The translations under genes and the position numbers were made by a program. DNA of 64,000 nucleotides, from NCBI RefSeq assembly GCF_964204645.1, contig NC_134026.1, positions 13,700,050-13,764,049 on the forward strand, written 5' to 3'. Numbering within the stretch: position 1 is the first letter of the stretch; every line of letters starts with the position of its first letter. The DNA is from Tubulanus polymorphus. Taxonomy: Eukaryota; Animalia; Nemertea. The notes below the pieces were generated by a model. It saw only the letters and a program-made list of their open reading frames with translations, did not search any database and was not told the DNA's origin. Below are positions 14,172 to 26,551 of the stretch, piece after piece.

Positions 14172-14991
14172 GTTTTCCCTGAGTCCCTCACAAATACATG
14201 GTAGAACAGTTCTCTATAATGATGTCACTGGGAAAGCCCTTCTAGAGGGATTTCCAAGTGATGCCCTTCTGCAGGGATTTCCTGTGATGTCATGAAACTA
14301 GATCTAGCATCCATTAGCAGAATGGGGAAAAAATTATTGAAATTTTGCACATTTTCTCACAGTACTTCCAAACAGCTTAAGCTGATGGCAGAACTTGCCA
14401 TATCAGTTCCAACCCCTATTTCCGACCTAATGACAAAATATCAGCAGTGTTCATCCAGAGGTTACAATTTGTGCCACCAAGAGCTAACAGAAAGTCACTC
14501 TCAGAACAAGGATCAAAACAGTCGATCCTAAAAATGTGTAAAAAGTGCTGATTTCTGCAAACAACAAAGACTGCCAGTCAGCCATCTTGATTCTGATCGG
14601 ACCAGTTTCAAGGCAGGATCTAGGTAGATACATAAACCAAAGGTGTATAAAGCAAAAAAGCACATACCTTCAAAAATTCACCAAGCCACATCTTCAGCAT
14701 ACGTTCAGGCTGAAAAGATAATTAGAAATAACTGTCAACAAAAGAATAATTACAAATAACTGTCAACAAAAGAACATTTAGCCTTTCACTTTTCAATTTG
14801 GATGTCCTTTGTGAATAACATATCTGCCACATGTGATTGAATGCATGTATGTTTACCACTTCTAACGCTTGAACAAATTAATGATATCCCCAGAACAAGA
14901 TACAAGTGTGGTCAGCCCACCAACTGTAAAAGCAATGTACAAGTCAAAATATGTTTCACCTCTCATGATGTTTCAGATAATCCAAAAATAT

Positions 14992-15790
14992 AACTAGGGG
15001 TCCAGTCCGCCATGCCCACTTGTGGAAGTGGTTTAAAATGCTCAAAATCTAACAGTTTCTATATTCAACGCCCCTGGTGACCAATAAACTAAAAGCAATG
15101 ACCTTGAAACCCACCACAATCATAGAACAAGTAACAAGCTAATATTTTGCAATTGATGGTGAAAACAAAAAGGCTTATGCCTGGAACCAATTTATAAAAA
15201 ATACGCGTCCTTTTCTCTCAGATGGTCGTCACATTTCCTTTCGATCGCGCGTGAATTGACCACATTGCACCTTTTGTAGTTCCTTCTAGCCTTCAAAATC
15301 AGCCGCCTCGTCTCCTTCAAATTTTGACAAATGGATCCAGCTCAAGGGACCAAATTGGAGTGACTGCGAACTACAAGAACAAACAGCAACGAGACATACG
15401 AGGAACCCTGAATCCAACGAATAGGCCTACGGTATATATGGTGAACAAAACCAGTGATGACCCAGGGACAACTAGGGGTCCAGGGTCACCATGCCCACTT
15501 GGGAAGTGGTTTCCAATGCTCAACAATCTAACAATTTCAATATTCAGTGCCCCTAATGACCATATACAAAAAACCAATGACCTTGAAACTCACCACAATC
15601 ATAGAACATGTCAGCAGCTACAATTTTGTAATTGATTGTGATAACAAAATATGCCTAGTTACCAATTTAATATGGAAATACTAATTCATTCTACTATTCA
15701 ACGCCCCCTGTTTACCATATTCAAAACCCAATGACCTTGAAACTCACCACAAACATAGAACATGTCATGAAATACAATTTTACAATAGAC
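14992..15790 (-). mobile_element. Two HINE end fragments (14992-15195, 15470-15790) separated by a BEL fragment
   Basis: Both start with aactaggggtccag..atgcccactt. Confidence 0.7.
15205..15420 (-). mobile_element. BEL/Pao fragment (LTR end, PBS, gag start) related to the element at 41447-45291
   Basis: Collinear with 44975-45190 (cagatggtcgtcacattt..gtgaattgacc..caaatggatccagctcaagggaccaaatt). Confidence 0.75.
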
Positions 15791-16218
15791 CATGGATATA
15801 TGAATATGTACCTCGTGCATTACTTGAAACCTACCTACCACAGTATTGTTAAGCATCATTAAAACATATACATTGTATCTAACGCACCTCTCCTAAGTTA
15901 CGGTACATGATTATTTTGCTCCTTTAATCAAATTTTGTTGTCCACGGAACAGATAAAATGACTGTTAATTCCAATTCATGGCACAATCATTTTCTAGTCA
16001 GCTAGTCGTATAATATTACTGTTTATTTCTAAAGCTGTTACTGCAATCGACTCAACAGTTACGTCTATGTAAAAATTCTTGCTTCATTTTTATGTGGACT
16101 GTAGAATAGCAATCTGTGACTCCCAATTTAAAAAAAAATCCAGATCCCCTGACAGCACCCCCTCTACAAAATCCTGGATCCGCGCCCGACTCTGGTAGAC
16201 ATGCTGGTTGAGGCTAGT

Positions 16219-16470
16219 CCGGTATTGTAGAAAGACTACAAAGATGACTACAGATTGGTATTGTAGAAGGACTATAAGCATGAAAGAGGCCGGTATTGTA
16301 GATGAAGGACTATGAAGATGATAAGAGTACGGTATTGTAGAAGGACTATAAAGATGATACGAGTCCAGTTTTTGTAGAAGAGCGAACTAAAGATGATAAG
16401 TCCAGTATTTGTAGAGGGACTACAAGGATAAAAGTCCGGTATTTGTAGAAGGACATTGAAGATGATGAGC
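16219..16470. repeat. Minisatellite, ~33-bp unit (ccggtattgtagaaggactacaaagatga..)
   Basis: About 7 degenerate direct copies. Confidence 0.8.
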
Positions 16471-17171
16471 GCAGTGTTGCCAACCTTATCATTTTCAAAT
16501 TCAGGACACATTTAACTTTTTTTCATATTTTCAGCGGTTCAAGGAGTAACAGCAAAATAACACTTTTATGTGATCAAATAGAGTTAAGAACAAGCAAAAC
16601 TTAAGTAGGAAAACTTTTTCATTCCGAAATAACAATCAGTTTTGATGGAATGCGCAACATTTTTGATGAAAAACTTTTAAGAAAATAAAACTATGAACTG
16701 CCAACAACTTTCTACTTCTGGCAGGACTTCTGAATGTATTGCATCTCTCATCAAATTTTCACCGTATCACTGAAATGACAAGGTCAATGAGCAAAGGTGT
16801 CAATAATGACGGAAAAAGCACATTTCGGCTTGAAAACATTGTTCCCATTTGCAGAATAACTATTCTAGGACATATTTCGTGAAATGGAGGGCCAGCATGG
16901 TCAGCAGCAGCTAACAGGAAAATATGTTTTACAAGAAACATGGTAAATAGGACTTCCACTTTGGTCGTGCCATCATAACTTATGGGGTTTTTTTTAAATG
17001 TCGAAATCCATTTATTCTTACTTTTGTCTACCTATTGGCAGAAGAACAGTGTTTGTACGATATTCACACTCAAACGTGGTGAACAGATAATAAGATAAAG
17101 TCCCACTATGTACAAATGAAAAGAATTTTAAAATTGAGAATTTATTTATTCAAACAATCTAAAATATAAGA

Positions 17172-17205
17172 ACACAACGTTTCCCTAGAGATCATCGTCA
17201 GGTGT
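17172..17205 (-). ncRNA. Degenerate minimal hammerhead ribozyme of a Penelope-like element
   Basis: Minus strand reads acac-CTGACGA-tgatctctagg-GAAA-cgtt-gtgt, followed by AATAAA. Stem II is damaged. Confidence 0.55.
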
Positions 17206-17404
17206 CACCTCAGGTGGTGGGTTTTTATCTTATTAAGAACAGTGTTTCTTCACATCGCAAATTCCTTCGCGGCCGACACTAAATTCACAGCAGCAAACAG
17301 TGCACAAAGCAAAATGTAAAAATTCCTTTTTTGCTGCCAGTGATGCAAGGGAAGGCTGACGAATATGAAAGTTTAAACTGTTGCATTCTTTTGATTCAAC
17401 AAAC

Positions 17405-17471
17405 TGACAGACGACGGACGAAAAGTGAACATAATAACCTGCTGGGACTAAAAACCCTAGGTGGGCTAACA
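17405..17471 (-). mobile_element. HINE 5' terminus fragment
   Basis: gacagacgacggacgaaaagtgaac..ctgctgggactaaaaaccctaggtgggctaa, homologous to 26485-26551. Confidence 0.65.
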
Positions 17472-18951
17472 ACCATCTGGACCAGTAATCCATGGTTTAA
17501 AGTAGGCCAAATCGACTGTTTGTAGACCTCCCTTTTATAAAACCGTTGAACAAGATTCTAAATTCAGGTATCGCGCTGGGCCGTGTTTATGTCCGGTAAC
17601 ATACTCCCAATCCAAAGCTAATTGAATTTTCCCAATTTGACAAAAAAATTTATTCTATTTGTTATGATGTTTTAAGCATCATTAAAATGCAAACATGTTC
17701 TCTACAATAACGTAATTGAAATTTAATGAAGTTCTACTATAGGCCTAAACTGCCACTAGTGCGTCATCTCTGTGTGCAAAATGAAACAGCACATTGTAAC
17801 AATGCGCGCTTTCATGTTACCAGCTTTAACATAGTCACTAAGAATGAATGGCAGCTTATTGGAACACTGCCAGTTTCCCGGAAAACTTAAACTACGCCAC
17901 ACATCAAGGCATATTTTCACATGATGCCCACTCGACTTCAAACATAAGTAGCTCATTACAGTAGTGGGTCGGTCGGTTTGCCATTTTTATCAAAAATAAG
18001 ATTTATTTCAATCAATCCCAGGAAAGTTTTCACTCGGTACATTTGAAGTCCATTTGGGATGCCCCCTCAAGCTCCCCCCACTCGCGGCCGAGCTTCGCGG
18101 CTCGGTTGTCAACGACGTTGAATCGGCAATTTTTTTTCCAAATACGTTAATAACGGACATAAAAATATTTTTCCAGCGTGATGCCTGAAAATCCCTTCAT
18201 CTTCAATGGCATGGTGCGGCTGCGTCAGCATGCACGCAATCGGGGTCGACAGTGTCCTGACACAAACAAGTATACAAACATGGTTGTGCAGAAAAATATA
18301 CATTATATACAGTATTTGTCAATGCAGCATAGCACTTGTGATACAGAATGGTTTCACTGACAGTGAAAGTAAGTTGCAGTAGTTTATATCCTTTCAGTAC
18401 GATCCAGAGTGAAAAAGAAAATAATTATAATGATAATCAGCATAATTAAAGGAGGGTTTCTTGCATTGATTAAAATTCTCGTGATTACTAGGGTTTCTGC
18501 TGCTTTCGCAGAAACCCTAATAATCACAAGAATATCAATGGGGTTTTCTGCAAAGAAACAGAAAACCCTAAATACTAAGTTCTTCTACTATTCAACGCCT
18601 CCTGGTGACCATATGCAAACCCAATGACCTTGAAACTCACCACAATCATAGAACGTGTCATGAGCTCCAATTTTGCAATTGATTATGGTAACAAAATAAG
18701 CCTAGGTACCAATACAATGAGTCAATACTAAGTTATTCTACAATTCAACGCCCCTCAGCCCGGTTTCACGCACGGGGATTAAGTACCTAATTCAAATTAA
18801 TTGTCTAATTTGAATTTTAAATTTTGAGGTTAATTTTCGATGCCCGTTTCACAAACACGAATTAACTTAAATTCAAATTAGTTTAACCCGGCAATCTAAT
18901 CCTGCCACGGAGTGGGATTAAATCGGCTAATTCGAATTAGTTTCCACGAAA

Positions 18952-20351
18952 ATGGCTGCTGCACTGTTTTTCGGAGCTAGACTCGAACGCAGAAATCGAC
19001 AATGTTTCGAATTAGTTGACAATTTTAGTGATGAGGAGATGCGAATGAGATATAGATTTGGAAGACAAAGTATTGAATATATAGAACATTTAACTGGAGT
19101 AAGTATTCAATGAAATACTAATCGATTGGATGCGATTCGACCATACCACCAAATCCTCGTCACTTTGAGATATTTGGCGACAGGGACATTTATGAATGAA
19201 AGCGCAGACACATTTGGGATTTCAAAGGCATCCATATTCAGGATCATAGAAAGGGTGTGTACGGTTTTAGTAGAGCACATGGATGATTTTATTTGCTGGC
19301 CTAATGCCGCTGAACAAACTCGGCAAAAAGAGAATTTATTGAAATCGCTGGTTTTTTGGTTGTATGGGACTTACATCCGCATACAAAGGCTGAGTGAAAA
19401 TGAACCTGCGTACATCAACCGCAAGTCATATCCATCTATAAACATTCAAGCTATATGCAATAGTAATGGTCAACAAATCGTCTTATTTATACACGTTTCC
19501 ATAAAACTTACAGCGGTGTCTCCATTCAAAGCTAAACAACATTAATTTTTAGGGAATACTCCATTTTGGCCACGAGCCGTTACTAAGAATGGCATTAATG
19601 GTTAAAAAATATTTTTCAATGACACTTTTCACTATTAATGACTTCACCGGTTGAAATAATCAAACCAATAATTCTTTCTGTTAATTAGGTAAATTCATCA
19701 ACATCGTTAGCAATTGGCCAGGTTCTACGAATGGGGCGCACATATTCAACAACTATGCACTTGGCAGGTAGGCCATCGAAGTGATCCATGGTTGATGTTA
19801 TCTATGCCTTAAGGCTTATTGAATCTTAAAGGCACATGCTAGTCTTATAAAAATTAAATTTTAGACACCTTGAAATGAATTATCGTGGATTTGTTAGAGA
19901 TGGTGTGCTTTTAGGAGACAGTGGGTATGGTTGTAAATCGTACCTAGTCACACCCTACCATGCGCCTTCAACAAGAGGACAAGAAAGGTTAGTTTTGAGA
20001 TCCAACAATTTAGAATATAATACAATTAAATATATATGTATAATGGTTTGTTTTCCCTTGATGGTCAAGGTATAATGTTGCGCACAAGAAAACTAGATGT
20101 CTCATTGAAAGGACATTTGGAGTTTGGAACAGGCGATTCCATATTCTACATGGTGAAATTCGAATATCGCCGAGGAAAGCCTGCACTGTTATTACAGCAT
20201 GTGCAATTCTTCATAACATTGCTATTACGATGGGAGAACCCGACTTAGATGTGGGTTTTAATTTTGATGGCGAAGTTCGTGAAAAGGAGTTGATGCTGCA
20301 AACGCACGACAGACGGTCAGAGAATTTATCGTCAGCGAATATTTCGACTGA
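18952..20351 (+). pseudogene. Harbinger DDE transposase (HARBI1-like), 4 exons, disrupted
   Basis: Exons 18952-19468, 19689-19767, 19865-19987, 20070-~20351 join in frame through GT-AG introns. Motifs [58 protein letters not shown]. In-frame TGA at ~19111. Confidence 0.85.
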
Positions 20352-20459
20352 GAGAAATGAAAAGCAGAATCTCTTACAATAAAGGACCTAAAGCTATTCA
20401 AATATATTTAAACATATGAAATCTTCAAACAACATTTCAAAAGCTGGTTTATAAGTTAA

Positions 20460-21760
20460 TTTATTAATAAAATTCCTGTATATTCTTCTTGAATTACAAT
20501 TTCCACCCCGGTTTCTTTCTGCAATTTAGCGATCTCTAGCTGTACATTTACGTTTTCGAGGGTCAACTTCTGACACGCTAACTTGATTCTCTTGTTATCT
20601 TCGATCAGATTCAACCATTGCTAATGATTTATGTCAGCTGCGGTTACACGTTTGGTGTTGTTGACTGCTGCAGTGCTGGTGGTTGTAGGAGTGGAACTTC
20701 CTACAGGTAAGGCTGCTTTCAGCAGATGATTTTGGTGACCGTCAGTCTCCTCGATCTCATTCTGATCAAACCATAAAATTTGTAAATGACAGCGCTGGTG
20801 TTTAAGTGCTTAGAATTGAATAAATAAATGCAATCAATGGGATTCGAACTGCTCAACCTGAACAAGTTTACCACAGAATTTCAGAATGAATATATGGATA
20901 TTGAAGGATGATATACAATACGCTAGATGTAAAACAATTTGTTTATAGTGATAATGCACAAATCGAGGTGAGTCGTTAAAAATAACAAATTTTCGACGTG
21001 AACTTAAGACATGATTAGAAGAAGGGGTGATAGGTTGTATCTAAGAGCCACGGAACCTATCACACCCATCCGCGAAATAATAGAATGCTCAAATATTCCT
21101 AGAAGTTAGCAGACGTAAACAAACAAAACGCAACTCGAAAAATAAAAATTATAACAAAATAAATAAAGTTCCAAGGTCGAAGATATGAATTGAAGGGCTA
21201 TTGATGATAGACTTGTCTTAACGTGTTAATAACCTACCTACTTAAAATGCAGGCTACTGTGCTGACGTCCCTTCGATTTTATTATTTTGTTTTTTTATCC
21301 TTTCCAAATTGTTTGTACTTAATTGACTTCACACTCGAATGTTTTTTATTGTAAGATCACCTTCACTTTCGATTGGATTGTCAGCTAATATCCCATCCCA
21401 ATTTGGCACTCCATCAGAAAGTTCGACTATCGCCGAAGTTGCCTCGTCCAACGATTTTGGAGGTGGCCCACCACCGGTTTTTGCTACTTTGTTTTTCATG
21501 ATCATCTTCTCTTGTTTCGCCTTTTTTTAACAGTTCTTCCAACAAATTTTTACTTCTGGGCCACTTCTCGTGCCGAATCCTAAACTGGAGACGGATCTTG
21601 CTATCTCGCTCCATTTCTTTTGTTTGCTTATGTTTGGTATTCCTTTCGAATAGTATAACTGACCATACAACACATCATAATTGTTTTTAACCAGATCTAC
21701 GATCATGTTCTTCTCCTCACGAGTGAAATTTTGTTTACGCTTGAGATCCGCGCTCTCCAT
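20460..21760 (-). pseudogene. Harbinger Myb/SANT-like DNA-binding protein
   Basis: RKQNFTREEKNMIVDLV..KKWSEIARSVSSLG..RSGPEVKICWKN (21527-21760), frameshifted into KTGGGPPP. Downstream exons are inferred. Confidence 0.75.
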
Positions 21761-22479
21761 TTTTCGACAATTTATTACTAATTAGGAATGATGCACTTTG
21801 GGTAGCCAATTCAGAATTAACTTCGGAGATAATTCAAATTAGTTAAGTTTTCGCCAATTCCCGTTTGTGAAACAGATTTAACCATCGAATTATCACCTTA
21901 TTCGAATCAATAGTTTATTCTTGTTTGTGAAACCGGGCCCTGGTGACCAATAACTAATGACCGTGAAACTCACCACGATCATAGACCATGTCATGAGCTA
22001 GGCCTACATCTTTGCAACTGATTTTGGTAACAAAATATGCATAGGTACGAATATAATATAGAAATATTAAGTTTTTGTACAAAGCCCCCGGTGGGCATAT
22101 ACAAAAACCAATGACCTTGAAACACACCACGATCATAGAACACATTATGAGCCACAACTTTCCAATTGATTGTGCTAACAAAATATGCTTAGGTATCAAT
22201 AGGCTATAATGTGGAAAAACTTTTATCCACCTACGAATGAGGTACTGATGATAAATTAATATTTTTGGGCACAAAAAGGTCACAGGACGGCCATCTTGAT
22301 CCATCGACCAAGAGGAGGAGTGAGTTCAAAGCGGAATTAAGTAAAAAAAACCATCTAAAACAGCTATTGAAACTCATGACAAGATAAAATGCCAGACCCG
22401 CGAACGTAATAGAAAACTGCGCAATAAGTCGCGTGAATCTATTGCTGCTGCCGAGTCCCCAGCCCGTAAACAATTGCGA

Positions 22480-23800
22480 ATAAAACTTAAAACCCCAATT
22501 AATAATCGAAACTAGGAATGCGGTTGAAAAACAACGTCATGAATGGCGCAAACATAAGCGGGACGAAAGGTCGCGGTGGTCGGCTCAAAAACGCCGGCGA
22601 GTTCACGAGTATGATTGAAAAACGAAAACAAGCTAAAAAGACCTGACCAGTTCCGGAACCACCCAAGCGAGTCTTTGTCTCATGGCTGCAAACATTCTCT
22701 ATATAATGCAACTCATAAGGCCAGTAAGTCGTTACCGAAAAACAAAAAGCAAACATCGGAGGTAGTCGCGCAACTGGCCCACTGATGTTTTAAACCCATC
22801 CTCATCGCAAGCAGCCGAAGATATAATCGGACAAAAAATTCGGCAAATAAAGGGGAGCCACGGCGTTGTCATGGCAAAACCATTGGCACTTGCATATACA
22901 CAGGCAAAAAAAAGTAGCAGTATTCGTCGGCTCTCGCATACCAGTAGCTTGAACCGGGCCACCATTAAAAAGATCATTCAGTGCCGTGACGTAGGCCTAT
23001 TACCAAGAAAAAAAAGAGTTGGTTGTCAGTTGCCACAAAAAAATCTGTGAACGCATTCTATATGCGCGAAGATGTTTCGCGTATAATGCCTGAAAAGCGA
23101 TATGCCACCAAAGAGGGTCCGGGGCATTTCATGACATGTTCCCTGAAGGCTGCATTTAAAATGTATAAAAAAGAAAACCCCCATGTAAAGCTGGGCTTTA
23201 CAAAATTCACTTAGTTACGACCAAGAAATGTAAGATTAATGAATACAGTGCACATGTGTATACTGTGAGAACATTTGATTTAAATGTGCTGCGCTATCAT
23301 TCAACTCAGTTGCTCACGAGGTCCGAAGCAAAAATGAGCTTACAGAATGTCAGAAATCTGATGCAGACAGGTTTCACAAAAGAGCCTGTGTGCTTGGCAT
23401 TTGTGAGAACTGTAGGGACCATGACTCAACCATCGATAAACTTTTCCCAGATGTACCCAGCGACCAGCTCATTACATGGAACCACTGGGAAAAGAAAAAA
23501 CTACACGAGAACTCTCAGCCGAAATATGTGCTTGAAACGAAACAACAAACGACTGCTGAATGTAAAACGGAGTTAAAAGATGATCTGAAGAAATGTGGTG
23601 GTGTAACTTTTGTTCGCCACACATTTACGTCAGGGTGGCAGACGAAGCACTATTTAGAAATCAAATCTAAATTACCTGAGAATTGGGTTCTCATAATCTG
23701 TGATTTTGTCAAAAATCGAGAGATCCAGTACCAAGACGAAGTGAAGAGCGCTTTCTTTTGAAAGCCACAAGTAACCTTGCACCTTTGTGTGGCTTATTAT
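22480..23800 (+). pseudogene. DNA transposon transposase relic (Sola-like; superfamily uncertain)
   Basis: FYMREDVSRIMP..YKKENPHVKLGFTKFT*LRP, Cys cluster, and ICDFVKN..QDEVKSAFF*KPQVTLH, which resembles the DFxEN..QxEIQSxHW..QVT motif. Confidence 0.55.
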
Positions 23801-24714
23801 AATTCTCCCAACAAACCAGTTGTGTGCCATACACAACAGGTCCCGCTATCTGCGTCAACTGCCGAAGCTGTACAGTGAAGAAGTATACTAAAGTATATCG
23901 TATCCACGTAACTACAACGCAGCCACTATGTATAGCGCCGGGATTTCCCCCATTTCCTAGTATGGAATACTGCGTGCACGTCACCGGGAGATAATTATTT
24001 ACGTACGCTACATTTCCGTCAGTTGTAGCGTGCGAACACTTTTCGCGGTATGTCGGTTATTTTATATCTGAGGCAGGGATTGATGTAAGAACGGTATCAT
24101 ATAGAAGAACATTATACTAGGTCATAAATAATAGTTTCAAATGTTTTTCTAATATCAAATCCGGGAAATTAGATTTTACCGATGATATTTCCGTCCACAC
24201 AATTCATATTTTCAGTACATATTTTACAGCTTTTAATGTAGAGCTAAGCTGTCGTAGTATTCACTTACCTTAGAACATTCCTTCCTTTGATTATTGATGA
24301 ATGATTTAACCTTGTAAGACGCTGATCCTTAAAATACAGCTGGTCAACTTTCATAAGGCATTTTTAAGCCAAAATGAGTTCCCAAAATAAAAGGCGTTTT
24401 TTTAAAGCAAATCATATTTATTTATCTTTTAACATATTTTTTCCTGTATTTCTAAGAGCATATGAAATCTTGTTCTGGCGAATTTCAAATTTTTTCCATC
24501 CGAGGTAAACGATGGTACACAGTATAATGAAATCTGTCATAAACCAAATATCAAGACATTACCTTGAAGCGTTTTCAAAACTTCCAAAAATAACTGGATT
24601 CCGTCTATGGACGGACGAAAGTTTACCATGTCATCGACGGAGGTTTGTCATGTCTTCAATCGCATCATTATAGGCGTTTAACCCGAGATTTTAACCGCGT
24701 TAAACCGATTAGGC

Positions 24715-26551
24715 CTATGCCTCATTACCAATGAAATATGGAAATACAAAGTTATTCTACTATTCAACGCCTCCTGGTAACCATATGCAAAACCCAATGA
24801 CCTTGAAACTCACCACAATCATAGAACATGTCATGAACTACAACTTTGCAATTGATCATGGTAACAAAATATGCCTAGGTACCAATCTAATAAGGAAATA
24901 CTAAGATACTCTATAATTCAACGCCCCCTGGTGACCATATAGAAAATGTATTTCCTTAAAACTCACCACAATCATAGACGATGTCATGAGCTAAAACTTT
25001 GCAATTGATTGTGGTAACAAAATATGTATTGGTAAAAATATAATATAGAAATACTAAGATATTGTATTATTCAACGCCCCCTGGTGGCCATATACAAAAA
25101 CCAATGACCTTGAAACTCACCAAAATCATAGAACACATTATGGGCTGAAACTTTCTAATCGATTGCGGTAACATATTATGCTTAGGTATCAATATAATAT
25201 GGAAAAACTTTTTCCCACCTACGAATGAGTACTGATGTCACCAAGATGGCCGTCAATTGGCCGTCAATTGGGCCATAATTGGCTGATCCAAAATACCTGT
25301 CTCAGGTATAAATTTCTCTTTCCTAAAAATACCCATCACAAATTGCAATTAGAAATGACAAACCAGTAGGAAGCTACAGGACTCAGAATTCAGGCCAAAA
25401 TTTTTGGGCACTAAATATGAAATATGGAAATACAAAGTTATTCTACTATTCAACTTCCCCTGGTGACCATATGCAAAACCCAATGACCTTAAAACTCACC
25501 ACAATCGTAGTACATGTCATGAAATACAACTTTGCAATTGATCATGGTAACAAAATATGCCTACGTACCAATCTAATAAGGAAATACTAAGCCATTCTAC
25601 TATTCAACGCCCCCTGGCGGCTATATGGAATAGCTAATGTCCTTAAAAACTCACCACAATCATAGACGATGTCATGAACTACAACTTTGCAATTGATCAT
25701 GGTAACAAAATATACCTAGGTACCAATCTATAGTTATATAATTTGTTTTTACTCTGAACTGTTTAGAATTGCTGTGGTTTCCACGGTACCCCTTGATGTT
25801 TTATTGCTTGGTTTGTTTATCTTTGTTTTTGACACACTGCTTCTATTTTAGATCCTGTGAGTTTATATGCTTTGTTACTTGTTTTTCTGGTCATTCCACC
25901 AGATGATGGCTGTTAGTCAACAGCCAAAATGTTGTGGTTTCGTAAGAATAAATTTAATCGTATAATTTCAAATTCGAAGTGTGGGATTTCTTCATTTATC
26001 TACAGTATACATGGATTATAGTGTTTATTCGACAACTTACCTGTCTCAGGTATAAAACATCCCTTTCCAAAGAATACCCATCACAAATTGCAATGAGAGA
26101 TGGCAAACCAGTAGGAAGCTACAGGACCTAGAATTCTGGCTAAAATTGACATTTTAGGGCACTAAAAAGGTCATAGGACGGCCATCATGAGTCAGATCGT
26201 CCCAACTTTTCTTATGCTGATGGGCCCTTGGTAGATTCAAATATGAACGAAAGATCAAGGTAATTGATCAAAAGGTCTTCAAAATTTCCCTTGAAAACTT
26301 TGAAAATGTGTAAAAAGTGCTGATTTTGGCAAACAACAATGGCTGCCAGTCGGCCATCTTGAATCTGACAGGGCCAGTTTTTGGGCTGAAGATGTGTCTA
26401 GGGTAGATACATGTATAAACCAAATATCAAGACATTATCTTGAAGCGTCTTCAAAACTTCCAAAAATAACTGGATTCCGTCTATGGACGGACGACGGACG
26501 AAAAGTGAACGCAATAGCCCGCTGGGATTTAAGTCCCAAGTGGGCTAAAAA
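24715..26551 (-). mobile_element. HINE copy with expanded 124-bp array and intact 5' terminus
   Basis: Tandem units 24730-25730; (GACG)n microsatellite; gcccgctggga..tcccaagtgggctaaaaa terminus. Confidence 0.8.
25896..25937 (+). ncRNA. Degenerate hammerhead ribozyme in a Penelope-like fragment (~25731-26037)
   Basis: ccac-cAgatga-t-ggctgtt agtc aacagcc-Aaaa-Tgtt-gtgg followed by AATAAA. Stems I and II are perfect; the core is mutated. Confidence 0.55.

Larger units (their letters stand above)
12027..14645 (-). mobile_element. Old HINE copy interrupted by several insertions
   Basis: actaggggtcctgagacaccatgcctacttgggaa end, 124-bp units at 12100-12300 and 13070-13370, body homologous to 26040-26420. 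Confidence 0.6.
16472..18060 (-). mobile_element. hAT-like transposon relic with nested fragments
   Basis: Terminus cagtgttgccaac at 16472; BED-finger-like peptide FALCTVCCCEFSVGREGICDVKKHC at ~17235-17320 (-). Right boundary is uncertain. Confidence 0.5.
18757..21939 (+). mobile_element. PIF/Harbinger transposon, full length, inserted in a HINE tandem unit
   Basis: 13-bp TIRs agcccggtttcac / gtgaaaccgggcc; 3-bp TSD ctc/ctg. Removing it restores the HINE unit attcaacgcccctggtgacca. Convergent transposase and Myb genes; subterminal aattc(a/g)aatta repeats at both ends. Confidence 0.9.

Noticed and set aside
20838-20862. tRNA or SINE B-box (gttcgaatccc on minus)
   Set aside because: No A-box or cloverleaf can be built.
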